Positions 1-9,812 of a stretch of 64,000 bases of DNA are shown piece after piece (position 1 is the first letter of the stretch; every line of letters starts with the position of its first letter). The DNA is from a virus (Duplodnaviria > Heunggongvirae > Uroviricota > Caudoviricetes). The notes under the pieces were generated by a model that had not been told where the DNA came from, ran no database searches, and saw only the letters and a program-made list of their open reading frames with translations. The stretch is taken from positions 87,000-150,999 of the IMG/VR virus record IMGVR_UViG_3300032293_000813, one strand, 5' to 3'. Position numbers and translations under genes: made by a program.

Positions 1-1106
1 AATTCTTTTTTAACGATATCACTCGAATATTTTGGGCCTAAATAAGGATTCGTATTATCGATTCTATGTGGAAGTGTACTATTATAATATGATATTAAAC
101 ATGCTCCAATTGAAGAACCTGCATCAGATGGTGCGTTTGGTATCCACACATTTTTAAATCCTGTCTTCTTTGAAATCTTTCCATTAGCAGTTCCGTTGTA
201 TGCACACCCTCCTCCTAATACTAAATTATCACATTTTGTTTTACGGTGTAAATCTTTTAATAAACGAAAAAAGTACATCTCATAAATGAATTGTACTGCC
301 GCTGCTAAATCCTTATGTTGCTGTGTAATCTCCTCCTCCGGTAAACGGGGTAGGATTCCTAAGTGATTTGATAACTCTGAAGTGAACATCACCTCATCAC
401 TTTTATCATATTGAAACATTTTCATATTCAATGTATATCCACCCTTCTTAGAAGGATAAATAATTTCTCTGAATTTATGTGAAAATGTTTTTGGGTTACC
501 GTAGGGTGCTAATCCCATTACTTTATATTCTCCTTCGTTAGGTTTGAATCCTAAGAACGCAGTAAATGTAGAATATAACATGCCTAATGAATGTGGAAAT
601 TTTGTAGTTTCTAATGTTTCCCAACTATTTCCATTTCCATATGCTAAAACTGTCGTATCCCATTCGCCAACTCCATCGATACTTAATATCGCCGCTTCTC
701 TATATGGAGAAGTTAAATATGAATAACCAATGTGTGAATCGTGATGTGGTGTGAATTTAATTTTAGCCTTTGAAAATAACCATTTTAATTTTCTCTTTAA
801 TTCAGTATATTGTTTAATTCCTTTAGCAGAGAATTTTAAAGCATCTTTTATTTGAAAATTCTTCAAACAAGTTGTTACAACTCTGTGTGTTTTAACCAAC
901 GGTTTCTCATAAAAACAAACCTCTTCAATATCTTCAAAACTAAATCCGGATTCTTCAATAATCCACTTAATTGATTTTTCTGGAAATGAACTATCATGCT
1001 TTATCCCACTAAATCTTTCCTCTTCTACTGCCAATACCACTTTTCCATCTTTGATTAAACATACCGATGAATCATGATAATAACAACTTATTCCTATTTG
1101 TATCAT
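1..1106 (-). CDS. NodU/CmcH-family O-carbamoyltransferase (3' end beyond window edge; start ATG at 1104-1106 overlaps the stop of the next gene)
   Basis: Minus-strand translation from 1106 gives MIQIGISCYYHDSSVCLIKDGKVVLAVEEERFSGIKHDSSFP..., the carbamoyltransferase N-terminal signature (ILGIS..HDS..L..DG.....EEERF.R.KH). The ORF is open to position 1, so the protein is truncated by the window and was absent from the ORF track. Confidence 0.8.
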   Translation of the reverse strand, partial: MIQIGISCYYHDSSVCLIKDGKVVLAVEEERFSGIKHDSSFPEKSIKWIIEESGFSFEDIEEVCFYEKPLVKTHRVVTTCLKNFQIKDALKFSAKGIKQYTELKRKLKWLFSKAKIKFTPHHDSHIGYSYLTSPYREAAILSIDGVGEWDTTVLAYGNGNSWETLETTKFPHSLGMLYSTFTAFLGFKPNEGEYKVMGLAPYGNPKTFSHKFREIIYPSKKGGYTLNMKMFQYDKSDEVMFTSELSNHLGILPRLPEEEITQQHKDLAAAVQFIYEMYFFRLLKDLHRKTKCDNLVLGGGCAYNGTANGKISKKTGFKNVWIPNAPSDAGSSIGACLISYYNSTLPHRIDNTNPYLGPKYSSDIVKKE

Positions 1107-1822
1107 TTGTAAAATGTGTCTTCTTCTATAGTGATATCACCTGTGTTGAGGTACTCCTCTAAGATTTTATCTTGATGTACTTTCATAGTTGAAATCACTT
1201 TTGTTATGTAATGTGTCTTATGCCCTGTCATTTCTCTTATTAACAGGTATAAACTTTTTTTGTTAAAATTTTCAATGTAATCAACTCTCCTAAACAATTC
1301 TAATATAGCATCTGCAATTTGTATATCTCTCTTTTTATCGAATACTACATTTAATTTAACATCCCAATATGATAACATAATGGTTCTAAACTCAACGTGA
1401 GTAGCATCGGTTTCAATTGCTAATGAATCTTCCGAAGGATTCCAACTTTCAGGCATTACAGACATCAATTCATTCTGTTTGTACCTTTTATAATTTGAAT
1501 TGTTTAATAGAATCAAGTGGTTTAATGCCATTCTAGTAAAGTAAGAGAACGCTTTACCTTTACCCTCCTGAAACATGTGGATTTTATAAATCATCTGAGA
1601 TACTACTTCTCTTTTTACATCCCCATGCCCATCATCAAAATAAGAAAACTTATAAGTATTCAAAACGTTTTCCGCTATTTTTTCAAACGGGTATTTAATT
1701 CTCTCTATATACAATGTATTTTTTTCTCTTTGGTTGTCGGATTTATTGTAAGCTATTATCGCTTGTTCCGTCTCCAAAGTGAAATACATTTTACTTTTAG
1801 GAGTTTTTGGTTTTCTAGGCAT
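1103..1822 (-). CDS. T4 gp55-like late-transcription sigma factor
   Basis: ETEQAIIAYN and FSYFTRMALNHLI align with T4 gp55 ELLQAIIDWK and AYITQACFNAFV (sigma region 2-like). The product is longer than T4 gp55. Confidence 0.55.
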   Translation of the reverse strand: MPRKPKTPKSKMYFTLETEQAIIAYNKSDNQREKNTLYIERIKYPFEKIAENVLNTYKFSYFDDGHGDVKREVVSQMIYKIHMFQEGKGKAFSYFTRMALNHLILLNNSNYKRYKQNELMSVMPESWNPSEDSLAIETDATHVEFRTIMLSYWDVKLNVVFDKKRDIQIADAILELFRRVDYIENFNKKSLYLLIREMTGHKTHYITKVISTMKVHQDKILEEYLNTGDITIEEDTFYK

Positions 1823-1823
1823 T

Positions 1824-2072
1824 TTATTCTATAATGTTTTTAAATTCTTCTATTTCGTTTTTAATTTCATCGAATGTAACACCAACTTCATCATCTTTCT
1901 CAAAGATTTGTTTAGCATCTATATCTCTAATGTTTTGCAATAGTTGATAATATGAATCTCTTCTATCAATTATAAATTGCTCATAAATTTCTAGTTTATC
2001 CAAAGCAGTTTTTAATGTGTAAAACAATACGCAAATTATTGCAATCAATAGCGTAATCAAAATGTATTCCAT
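1824..2072 (-). CDS. hypothetical small protein with N-terminal TM helix
   Basis: ORF tiled with neighbours; hydrophobic N-terminus. Confidence 0.4.
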   Translation of the reverse strand: MEYILITLLIAIICVLFYTLKTALDKLEIYEQFIIDRRDSYYQLLQNIRDIDAKQIFEKDDEVGVTFDEIKNEIEEFKNIIE

Positions 2073-2084
2073 AATTTTTTATTT

Positions 2085-2348
2085 TTAAGCTTCTCCTGGT
2101 TTACCGAAATGCATCATATACGAAGAATCATCTTTAGTATTGGTTTTTAATTCCGATGATATCCATTGTTCAACAATAGCCTTTTTACTATCTATCATTT
2201 CCTCCAATTCTTCTTTTGAAACCAATTCCTTTTCTATAATCAAATCTACCAATGAATACAATAGTATCTGTATTGATAACAATTGATTACTTTGTTCTAC
2301 TACTTTATCAGTTAAAACATTATTTAATTGTTTTTGAGTCATTTCCAT
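2085..2348 (-). CDS. hypothetical protein
   Basis: ORF in the minus-strand gene tiling. Confidence 0.4.
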   Translation of the reverse strand: MEMTQKQLNNVLTDKVVEQSNQLLSIQILLYSLVDLIIEKELVSKEELEEMIDSKKAIVEQWISSELKTNTKDDSSYMMHFGKPGEA

Positions 2349-2349
2349 A

Positions 2350-2901
2350 TTACATTAAAACGTACCCTCTATCAATATATTTAGAGATATTTTTGTATTT
2401 AATTTGCTCAATATTACCATCCGGGTCTTTAGCCATAACTATTTGGTTTCTTTCATATTGAATCTGCTTTCTAATCGGTTGATTTATATTTTTATCCGCA
2501 ATTGTTATACCATCTAATAGGTCAATCATTTGTTGTGCAAAAATACACTCATCTAAACCTTCTCTATCATTTTCCATATCACCTTTGAATACCACCAATC
2601 CCAAATTATCAGTCTGAACTTCAATTGAAAAAGCTCTAACTACAATTCTGTTTTTGCCATTGGTATCGAATTCAGACATTTCAGTAGATTGAAATGCATC
2701 GCTTGAATACTTTGTTATAATTGGATTGATTAAAAGAAGTGGAGTTTCTGTGTTAAGGTAAAATGCTCTGAATGGTAGATTAACACTTCTCGTACAAACC
2801 GCTGAAAGGTTTGTTTTATTAGCATAACGCTTTAATGTTTTTAATATCAATTCCTCATCTGATTTTGTAAAAGGAGTTGATTCAATTTTAGTTAATTTCA
2901 T
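2350..2901 (-). CDS. peptide deformylase-like protein with degenerate active site (likely inactive)
   Basis: NLSAVCTRS aligns with PDF motif 1 GIGLAATQ, LLLINP with LVLINP, and EGLDECIFAQQMIDLLDG with DGLLAICIQHEMDHLVG. The metal-binding Cys and both His plus the catalytic Glu are replaced. Confidence 0.45.
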   Translation of the reverse strand: MKLTKIESTPFTKSDEELILKTLKRYANKTNLSAVCTRSVNLPFRAFYLNTETPLLLINPIITKYSSDAFQSTEMSEFDTNGKNRIVVRAFSIEVQTDNLGLVVFKGDMENDREGLDECIFAQQMIDLLDGITIADKNINQPIRKQIQYERNQIVMAKDPDGNIEQIKYKNISKYIDRGYVLM

Positions 2902-3229
2902 ATTTTTTATTTAATATTATACAAAGATAATAAAACTTTTTGAAATTTACAAATAAATTAATATAGAATTTAAATTTTCCTGTGAGTAATCCAATAATTA
3001 ACTGCGTTTTGGTCGTTAATCCATTTATCTTTATCGTTCCAATCAAACTCAGGTCTAGCATAATACGGAAGTATATCTTTGACTACATATGCTCTATTTG
3101 GATGCGCAGTAACTTTATCAATCATCCCATCTCCATTGGTATCAATTCCATCAATAGAACCATCTCCATCTAAATCTATACCCCTTATACTAAAATCTTG
3201 AGTTAAATTATTTAAATCATAATTCTCTT

Positions 3230-4198
3230 CTACGACTTTTTTTTTAATTCTTCATCGGTTAGTATCACTTCATTTTTTTCCACATTTGTTGTAGTGGAAT
3301 TAATTTCGTTTTTTTTTATGTCCTCATTATATTGAGTAGCCGCATTGACTAATTGTTCATTTGGTTCTGTTGGATTCTCTATTTCATTAAAAAACACCTC
3401 AGCATCTTTATCCGATGCTAATATTGGTGTTTCTCCATACACTTCATATAAAGAAGGTACTTTTTCTTCCTCTCTTTTCATTACTAACCCGTTAAATGCG
3501 ATAATAAGAGCGATTGCGAGTGGGTCAAACACTATTACAATCAAAAATATGAAGAATTTTACTACATTTTTAAGTTCTATACCAAATGCTTCAGCCACAA
3601 ATCGGAATCCACCTATTTCTTTCTCTAAATCGATGTTAGCAATCTTAATTTTGTTGATTTCTTCAGTATTTTTAGCGTTATCTTCCTGCAATTTACTGAT
3701 TTTATCGTTTAATTTACCGATTTCTCTATCTCTATTATCTACGGAACGAAGTAATCTACTATTTACCTTACCACCATCCAAAATTTTACCTTGATTGGTG
3801 TTAGATTCGGTAATTTGGGTGGATAATTGGGTAATTTGAGTGGTGTTTTGGTCTATTTTCGTTTGCCACACCGCAACTTCCCTATCCACTTGTTGTAATT
3901 GTAAAGATTGTTGTTGGAATGCGTTAGAAAGGTAACCAAATATACCCGCAGAGGTGATTATCATCAGGATACCCACCGAAATGGTTAAATACCACTTATT
4001 GAACCCCTTAATATCATCCCAAGTCTGTTTTAGATAGGTTGCAGCCACTAATTTAGCGAATTCTAATGAACCAGCCATTACCATAACAGAAGTAGATGCC
4101 CCTGCAAAGAGAACACCTAATCCTGTTACGGAAAAGAATGCAGCACATCCTGCGATGATAACTGCTGATAATCCTACTAATGCTTTTAACCAATTCAT
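3230..4198 (-). CDS. membrane protein (2 N-terminal TM helices, coiled-coil, C-terminal TM)
   Basis: Hydrophobic stretches and heptad-like Q/L-rich middle region. Confidence 0.5.
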   Translation of the reverse strand: MNWLKALVGLSAVIIAGCAAFFSVTGLGVLFAGASTSVMVMAGSLEFAKLVAATYLKQTWDDIKGFNKWYLTISVGILMIITSAGIFGYLSNAFQQQSLQLQQVDREVAVWQTKIDQNTTQITQLSTQITESNTNQGKILDGGKVNSRLLRSVDNRDREIGKLNDKISKLQEDNAKNTEEINKIKIANIDLEKEIGGFRFVAEAFGIELKNVVKFFIFLIVIVFDPLAIALIIAFNGLVMKREEEKVPSLYEVYGETPILASDKDAEVFFNEIENPTEPNEQLVNAATQYNEDIKKNEINSTTTNVEKNEVILTDEELKKKS

Positions 4199-4199
4199 A

Positions 4200-4376
4200 T
4201 TACCCTAAAGTAACTAAGTCGTTGTTTGTATCTATTAAATTCTTAACCTCCTGTAATAGTCTAATCGCTTCTACGTTATTAGCCGGTCTATTACCATTCA
4301 TCATATCCAATACGATGCGGATTCTCTGTTTAACTGCATCGTTGTTATCGATGATTCTTTGTTGAAACTTTGCCAT
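4200..4376 (-). CDS. small hypothetical protein (58 aa; below ORF-track cutoff)
   Basis: Minus-strand ORF MAKFQQRIIDNNDAVKQRIRIVLDMMNGNRPANNVEAIRLLQEVKNLIDTNNDLVTLG fills the gap between two genes. Confidence 0.35.
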   Translation of the reverse strand: MAKFQQRIIDNNDAVKQRIRIVLDMMNGNRPANNVEAIRLLQEVKNLIDTNNDLVTLG

Positions 4377-4413
4377 AATTGTTTTGTTTGTTGTATATTA
4401 TAAATATATATTA

Positions 4414-4447
4414 AATAAAAAAGGAAGACTAGTATTTTAGTCTTCCT
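4414..4447 (-). terminator. rho-independent terminator downstream of the Hsp20 gene
   Basis: Minus strand reads GGAAGACTA-loop-TAGTCTTCC followed by TTTTTTATTT. Confidence 0.55.
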
Positions 4448-4472
4448 TACAAAGATAGGTATAATTTTTCAA

Positions 4473-4880
4473 TTAACCAACTTTAATCGTAACCTTTTTT
4501 GGTTTTGCTTCTTCCTTCTTAGGAATAGTTAGGTAAAGAACACCATTTAGGATTTTAGCTGAAGTTTTTGCTCCATCAAATTTATCTCCTACCGCAATTC
4601 TATCATTAATAGTAGAGATAAGTTCTTTTTCAACCTTTGATAATTCTCTTTCTACTGATTTTACAAAAATTGCATCTTCTTCCAATTCGATAGTAATATC
4701 ATCTTTACTATGACCTAAAACTGATAGAGCAATTATTGCTTCCTCTTCTGTAACATCAATTGATAATCTTGAGTTTTGATATGTTACAGCTGGCACAGGT
4801 AAAGTGAAAAATGAATCATTTAGAAACGAATCAAGCACCTTATCAAGTGTTGTGTAATTTTTTTTGTTTGTGTTGTACAT
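4473..4880 (-). CDS. small heat-shock protein, Hsp20/alpha-crystallin family
   Basis: Alpha-crystallin domain signature (SIDVTEEE..., GVLYLTIPK) and ~135 aa size. Confidence 0.8.
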   Translation of the reverse strand: MYNTNKKNYTTLDKVLDSFLNDSFFTLPVPAVTYQNSRLSIDVTEEEAIIALSVLGHSKDDITIELEEDAIFVKSVERELSKVEKELISTINDRIAVGDKFDGAKTSAKILNGVLYLTIPKKEEAKPKKVTIKVG

Positions 4881-4974
4881 AATATTTTTGTTTAGTTTAT
4901 ACTATATAAACAATTACCATACCACCGAAGTGATATGGTAAAAGTGTCAGTATAAGTGTGAAAAAGTGTCAGTA

Positions 4975-6324
4975 TTATGCTGCAACCATTCCTAATTTAA
5001 GTAATCCAAAATATTCCTCCTTAATACTATCCCAATAAGATTGACCAGCTTCTTTTGTTTCAGGAAATCTACCTTGCTTATAATCAAGAATAAATTTCAT
5101 TTCTAACCATCCTAAAAATCTAGTAAAGTTATCAGAAATAATTTGATTGGTATTAAGTAAGATTCTTACATCTACTATAATGTCTCTCATAATTGTTCCT
5201 GATAGTTTTCTATCATCCGAAGTTAAGTTGGTCATTAATTGCAATATCGGTTTGATTTGAGAATCATATTCACTTTGAGTAATTCTGTAATCGCCATCCT
5301 TTACTTTTTTCATATCATCAAACGCTAAAGAGTCTGTATGGCAGAATAAGTAAATTGGATTTGCTTCTCCCCAACCTTGTTTTTTAGCTATATTCATAGC
5401 TTCTAAAATTTTACCATAGGTGTAAACACCTTTGGTATCATTAAGCATTTCTAAGTTACCCTTATGAGATGTAATGTAATTTTTTAATTTCCAACTCTGA
5501 TATGTTGTATTAGTAGTAATCAGTATTTTATGTAACAAATCTATGTTATCAGAATTAACCCATGGTACATTTACACATGCTATATCAGGTACACTATAAC
5601 CCTTTTCTATAAGGTCTTTTAGTGAAAAAAATCTAGTGTGACCCTCAAAAATCATATAAAATTCTTCACTAAACCATTGTTCTTTTGTAATACCATTTGG
5701 TATCTTAGTCTGTTCCTCCCACATCTTTATCTTTGTATCGGGTCCAACTGGCACAACATTAAGTTGAGTAAAAAATCCGTTTTTGTTAATTGAAGCCTTA
5801 ATAGTAGGAATGTTTTTAACATTCAAATCTCTATTATTTGGATGAGGTACAATTCTCTCAAAAGGAATACTCATTGGTATTGCCATTTTTACAGTCTTAT
5901 TAGGATTCAATATCACACTTTCGTTAATAATAAATGAATCACATGCAGACTGTCCTTCGAATACAATCACACCATGTTCTCTTAAATCTTTTACGTTTTT
6001 AGAGTGTTTCTTTGTATTAGGTTGCCACTCACACATTATAACCATTCTGATTTCCATAGGTTGCAATGTTTCATACAACTTAAGAATTTTGGTTACCTCT
6101 GCAGAGTTGATAAAGGTTTTTGCCTCAATCCAATTTCCTTTATATTGGTAATCGGCAATTCGGTCGGATAGACCATCATTAATTGTGTAAAATACAGGAG
6201 GAATTCCTGCTTCTTCAAACTTCTCAGCTATGTAATTCTGCCACTCATCACCATGGGTGTAACGGGCCTTCATCACTTCGCTGGACAACTTCTCGGCTAA
6301 AACGCCACTTGTTGATTTTTCCAT
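4975..6324 (-). CDS. ParB/sulfiredoxin-like nuclease domain protein
   Basis: IVPHPNNRDLNVKNIPTIKASINKNGFFTQLNVVPV ... YMIFEGHTRFFSL fits the ParB N-terminal domain pattern (HPxNxR..L..SI...G...V...Y.I.G.HR). Confidence 0.5.
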   Translation of the reverse strand: MEKSTSGVLAEKLSSEVMKARYTHGDEWQNYIAEKFEEAGIPPVFYTINDGLSDRIADYQYKGNWIEAKTFINSAEVTKILKLYETLQPMEIRMVIMCEWQPNTKKHSKNVKDLREHGVIVFEGQSACDSFIINESVILNPNKTVKMAIPMSIPFERIVPHPNNRDLNVKNIPTIKASINKNGFFTQLNVVPVGPDTKIKMWEEQTKIPNGITKEQWFSEEFYMIFEGHTRFFSLKDLIEKGYSVPDIACVNVPWVNSDNIDLLHKILITTNTTYQSWKLKNYITSHKGNLEMLNDTKGVYTYGKILEAMNIAKKQGWGEANPIYLFCHTDSLAFDDMKKVKDGDYRITQSEYDSQIKPILQLMTNLTSDDRKLSGTIMRDIIVDVRILLNTNQIISDNFTRFLGWLEMKFILDYKQGRFPETKEAGQSYWDSIKEEYFGLLKLGMVAA

Positions 6325-6429
6325 CGTTATGTGTTTTTATTTTAGTGAAACTTTAGATTAGGTGTTCACAATAACCTTTATTTTTACTTCGTAAAGATAC
6401 GATAAATCTCTGAATCTACCAACTTTAGT

Positions 6430-7089
6430 TTAAAATAAATCTCCTTTCAATCCCTGCTGTCTTTCAATAACAGTACTCATATGGTCTGCCCAATGCAGGA
6501 TATACTGAATAGTGTAGCGAAGATACTTAGAAGTGTCATATACTTTGTAATACTTCTCATTGTCTTCATCGTAAACACCATCTGTTAATTTAATACCAAA
6601 CCATTCTTTATCTGATAAACTGATACCGTATTGATTCATAGTAAAGAATCCTCTATCTGTAATAGCCATAAAAGGAACTTCTTCATTTCTTTTATAGTAT
6701 TCACCTCTGTTCTTAATGTGCCAATCTGAATCATTCTTAACATAGTGTAAGAAACCTTTAGTGCCTAGTTTACCCAAATCATGATGTAAAGCTGAGAAGA
6801 TTAATTCTTCATCTGTGAAATCAATAGTACCTCCACATTCAATAAAAAGATTCTTCATCTTTAAAGAATGCTTACAAACATTAAAAATATGGTCAATGTA
6901 ACCACCTTCATAAGCGTAATGAAAGTTTTTATTACCACTCGCAGGTGATAACATTAAATTAGGACCTAATTCGTCCATTGAGTACATTTTTAAAAGTTTT
7001 TCCTTCCTTTCTCCTGTGATGTACTTGTCTACAATTCCTAAGAATTTCTTGTAGTTAGTTTCTAGCTCTTGATTCGTGTAACTTTTCAT
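6430..7089 (-). CDS. HD-domain phosphohydrolase
   Basis: H...ALHHDLGK motif. Confidence 0.6.
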   Translation of the reverse strand: MKSYTNQELETNYKKFLGIVDKYITGERKEKLLKMYSMDELGPNLMLSPASGNKNFHYAYEGGYIDHIFNVCKHSLKMKNLFIECGGTIDFTDEELIFSALHHDLGKLGTKGFLHYVKNDSDWHIKNRGEYYKRNEEVPFMAITDRGFFTMNQYGISLSDKEWFGIKLTDGVYDEDNEKYYKVYDTSKYLRYTIQYILHWADHMSTVIERQQGLKGDLF

Positions 7090-7223
7090 TTTCTTTCTTT
7101 TTTTTTCTTTGTTTTAAGTTTTATTTTTTTAAGCTTTTCTTTTGTCTGTCCTGGTATTATGATACTATAAAAAGATACCACAAATATACAAAAAATTTTT
7201 CAATTTTCCAACTTTTACCCAAT

Positions 7224-7547
7224 TTATTTTTCGGTTGGGAATATGGTAAGTTTTGTGAGTACATAATACAGCATATCAACTTCCTCTACTGAGGTACAAA
7301 ATCCTAACCCACCACTATCAAATAATTCCACTATATACTCCCCCTCATCTAACCCAATCTCTTTCCATTCATTATTGTACGAAGAAATTAAACACATACA
7401 ATTCGGGTCTACGGAATTCTTTGGTAGACGTAGTATATAATTGTAGAATCCACTACCATCTTCATCCAATACCTTTTCAAATCCTAACTCTTCTAATTTT
7501 TCGTCCGTAATAGGAGTTAATTCCAATTCTATTTTAGATTGCTTCAT
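7224..7547 (-). CDS. hypothetical protein
   Basis: ORF tiling. Confidence 0.4.
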   Translation of the reverse strand: MKQSKIELELTPITDEKLEELGFEKVLDEDGSGFYNYILRLPKNSVDPNCMCLISSYNNEWKEIGLDEGEYIVELFDSGGLGFCTSVEEVDMLYYVLTKLTIFPTEK

Positions 7548-8087
7548 TTATTCCAATACAATTTTTTTAATTATAAATAACTTAGAGTTATAATTACTCG
7601 CTTTAATAACCAACGTATCCCCCTTCATATTATAAATAGGTGCAATCATAGTGTTTATTTCTCCATTGTCTCCACTATAAGAGGATGAATTGATTGTTGG
7701 TACTAATTCATCTTTGGAGGCAATTAAAGGTGGCAGCTGAACGATTTGGTACTGACCTGTGAAGTAATTGATATACGTCTTTGTAATTGTAGCAACGGTA
7801 TCATTTCTTCTTAATATCCAATACAAATTACTCTCCCATTCTACCTTTTCAGCGGGGTATGGTTCTTTACCGTTTACTAATATCCTTCCGTTTACTCTAT
7901 GTACGGTTTGATTTTTAGTTTTATCTAATTTAAGATGATAATAACCATTCGCATCTTTAGGAAGTGAACCTATTCCATTTTGATTCATTACACCATTTAT
8001 TTCTAATGTGTATGTTTTCGTAGGAATTGGCATTTCTACTTCCTTCGTACATCCGAATAAAAATAATATAGGTATTAAACGTTTCAT
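7548..8087 (-). CDS. lipoprotein
   Basis: Signal peptide with lipobox MKRLIPILFLFGC. Confidence 0.5.
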   Translation of the reverse strand: MKRLIPILFLFGCTKEVEMPIPTKTYTLEINGVMNQNGIGSLPKDANGYYHLKLDKTKNQTVHRVNGRILVNGKEPYPAEKVEWESNLYWILRRNDTVATITKTYINYFTGQYQIVQLPPLIASKDELVPTINSSSYSGDNGEINTMIAPIYNMKGDTLVIKASNYNSKLFIIKKIVLE

Positions 8088-8470
8088 TACAAACCCACTT
8101 TAGCAAATCGTTCTGAATCGAATCCCGCATCTCTCGCAACGTCAACCGCTAATGCTCTAGGTACTTCCGGAGTTCCTTTAGAGTTGTTATTGATTAAGAT
8201 TCTCTCATCTCTTCCGATTCCCATTACCAACTGATGATAAAGAATACCCGCAGTTAACATTTGTTGTTTAGTAACCTCTCTCAACTCCTCTGGTCTCGCA
8301 GTAGTTAAAACAATGTAGTGTCCGGCGTTCATCCATTCGGTCATCTTTTCTTTAACTCCCGGTAGAACATTTACTACATTGGGGTTTAAATCATCAAAGT
8401 TTACTTGTTCAATTAGTGTACCATCGATATCACTAAAAATTGTTTTAAATCCTTTTTCTCTTACACTCAT
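8087..8470 (-). CDS. HAD-superfamily phosphatase-like protein
   Basis: N-terminal FSDIDGTL (HAD motif I DxDGT). Confidence 0.5.
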   Translation of the reverse strand: MSVREKGFKTIFSDIDGTLIEQVNFDDLNPNVVNVLPGVKEKMTEWMNAGHYIVLTTARPEELREVTKQQMLTAGILYHQLVMGIGRDERILINNNSKGTPEVPRALAVDVARDAGFDSERFAKVGL

Positions 8471-8499
8471 CTTATCTTTGTTTATTTTATTATCTTATT

Positions 8500-8847
8500 T
8501 TATAAATATTCAGGTCCATATGCACTATAACGAGCAGTTCCATCCATAATGTTTCCCCTCGCATGCTTTGCTGGTGATTTCCAACTCGCTGGTTTTAACA
8601 AATCACCTTTCTTAATCGGTGCTCCTTTTAAATCACCATCAACTCTACTGATAAATCCCCAACACGAAGTTCCATCCCATAAACGAATGAACTTATTACC
8701 AATTTCAACGGTCAAATCGGTTTTACCCCACATATGACTCATATCTTTGTAACGTTCTTTACGAAGTTCATTTACCTTTGAAATGAAGTTTTTTACTATT
8801 GGATTTGTTTCCAAATAATTGATAGCCTTTTCGTTTGTTGTTCTCAT
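8500..8847 (-). CDS. hypothetical protein
   Basis: ORF tiling; promoter cassette immediately upstream. Confidence 0.4.
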   Translation of the reverse strand: MRTTNEKAINYLETNPIVKNFISKVNELRKERYKDMSHMWGKTDLTVEIGNKFIRLWDGTSCWGFISRVDGDLKGAPIKKGDLLKPASWKSPAKHARGNIMDGTARYSAYGPEYL

Positions 8848-8860
8848 AGTGTTTATCTCT

Positions 8861-8966
8861 TAGTACATAGTAAAGGTACTAAATCGGTATCATATATCCA
8901 AGCATTTAATCAATTATTTTTAGGAAAATTGAAATATTTTTCATTGGCTATCAATGAGTTATGTAA
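8861..8966 (-). promoter_or_regulatory. intergenic promoter cassette, copy 1 (blocks A/B/C)
   Basis: Plus-strand tacatagtaaaggtac (A), catatatccaagcatttaatcaattattttt (B) and ctatcaatgagttatgtaa (C), 15 nt upstream of the minus-strand start codon. Confidence 0.55.
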
Positions 8967-9006
8967 TAAAAAACCCCTAATATGTAAAACATTAGAGGTC
9001 AATTAC

Positions 9007-9786
9007 TTACATAAGGAACTCAATTTCCCTACTAACAAAATCATAGTTGAATTTGATAGGGTCTTGAATTGCTTCATACCTTAAATTACAAGTACTACCA
9101 TTAAAGGTATAGATATCACCCCATTCATCTTTATAAGGTATAGTTCCCCACCCATATCCTTCGTGAATGTGTCCGGAAAAGTGTAAATGAGGCTTAACTT
9201 CGTGCAATCTATGATACAAATCAGCACATCCTACATTTTCGTTTGTATTAGATGTTCTATCATTATATCCGTAAATAGGAGAGTGAGTAATTACTATATC
9301 GGTATCCAATGGTATTTGATTCCATATTTGAGCCGCGTCATACCCTCTATCTACATTAAATCCCCATCCATATCCGAATGTAGGTGAATAGGGTGAACCC
9401 CATATATTCAATCCTTCTATCTTAACTGAGGTATTTTCTAAATAGTAAACTCCGTTTGGTAGATTGTTTAGAGTATCCTCTAACCATTGAGGTTTACCTT
9501 CCGAACACGATGTATCATAATCGTTTATACCCCTACCTTCGAAGTGTGCCAACTTATTCCTCAATAGTATTTCCCTATCAAATGACATATCGTGATTACC
9601 TGCTATGAATATTTTATGCGTGTAATCTTGCTTACCAAACCATTTGATAAAATCAGTTACCTCATGCTTCCTACCCAAAGATGTAATATCACCACTATGA
9701 ATAAGAATATGCCCACCTGGTAATTTACCATTAAGTTGATTATGCTTATTATGGGTGTCCGATATTGTAGTAATATTATATTTCAT
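9007..9786 (-). CDS. calcineurin-like metallophosphoesterase
   Basis: HSGDITSLG, GNHD and GHIHEGYG motifs. Confidence 0.8.
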   Translation of the reverse strand: MKYNITTISDTHNKHNQLNGKLPGGHILIHSGDITSLGRKHEVTDFIKWFGKQDYTHKIFIAGNHDMSFDREILLRNKLAHFEGRGINDYDTSCSEGKPQWLEDTLNNLPNGVYYLENTSVKIEGLNIWGSPYSPTFGYGWGFNVDRGYDAAQIWNQIPLDTDIVITHSPIYGYNDRTSNTNENVGCADLYHRLHEVKPHLHFSGHIHEGYGWGTIPYKDEWGDIYTFNGSTCNLRYEAIQDPIKFNYDFVSREIEFLM

Positions 9787-9812
9787 AACTCAAATATACG
9801 AAAAAAAACTGA

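Noticed and set aside
7957-8145. 62-aa ORF overlapping the lipoprotein/HAD gene junction
   Set aside because: Embedded in two tiled genes in a different frame.
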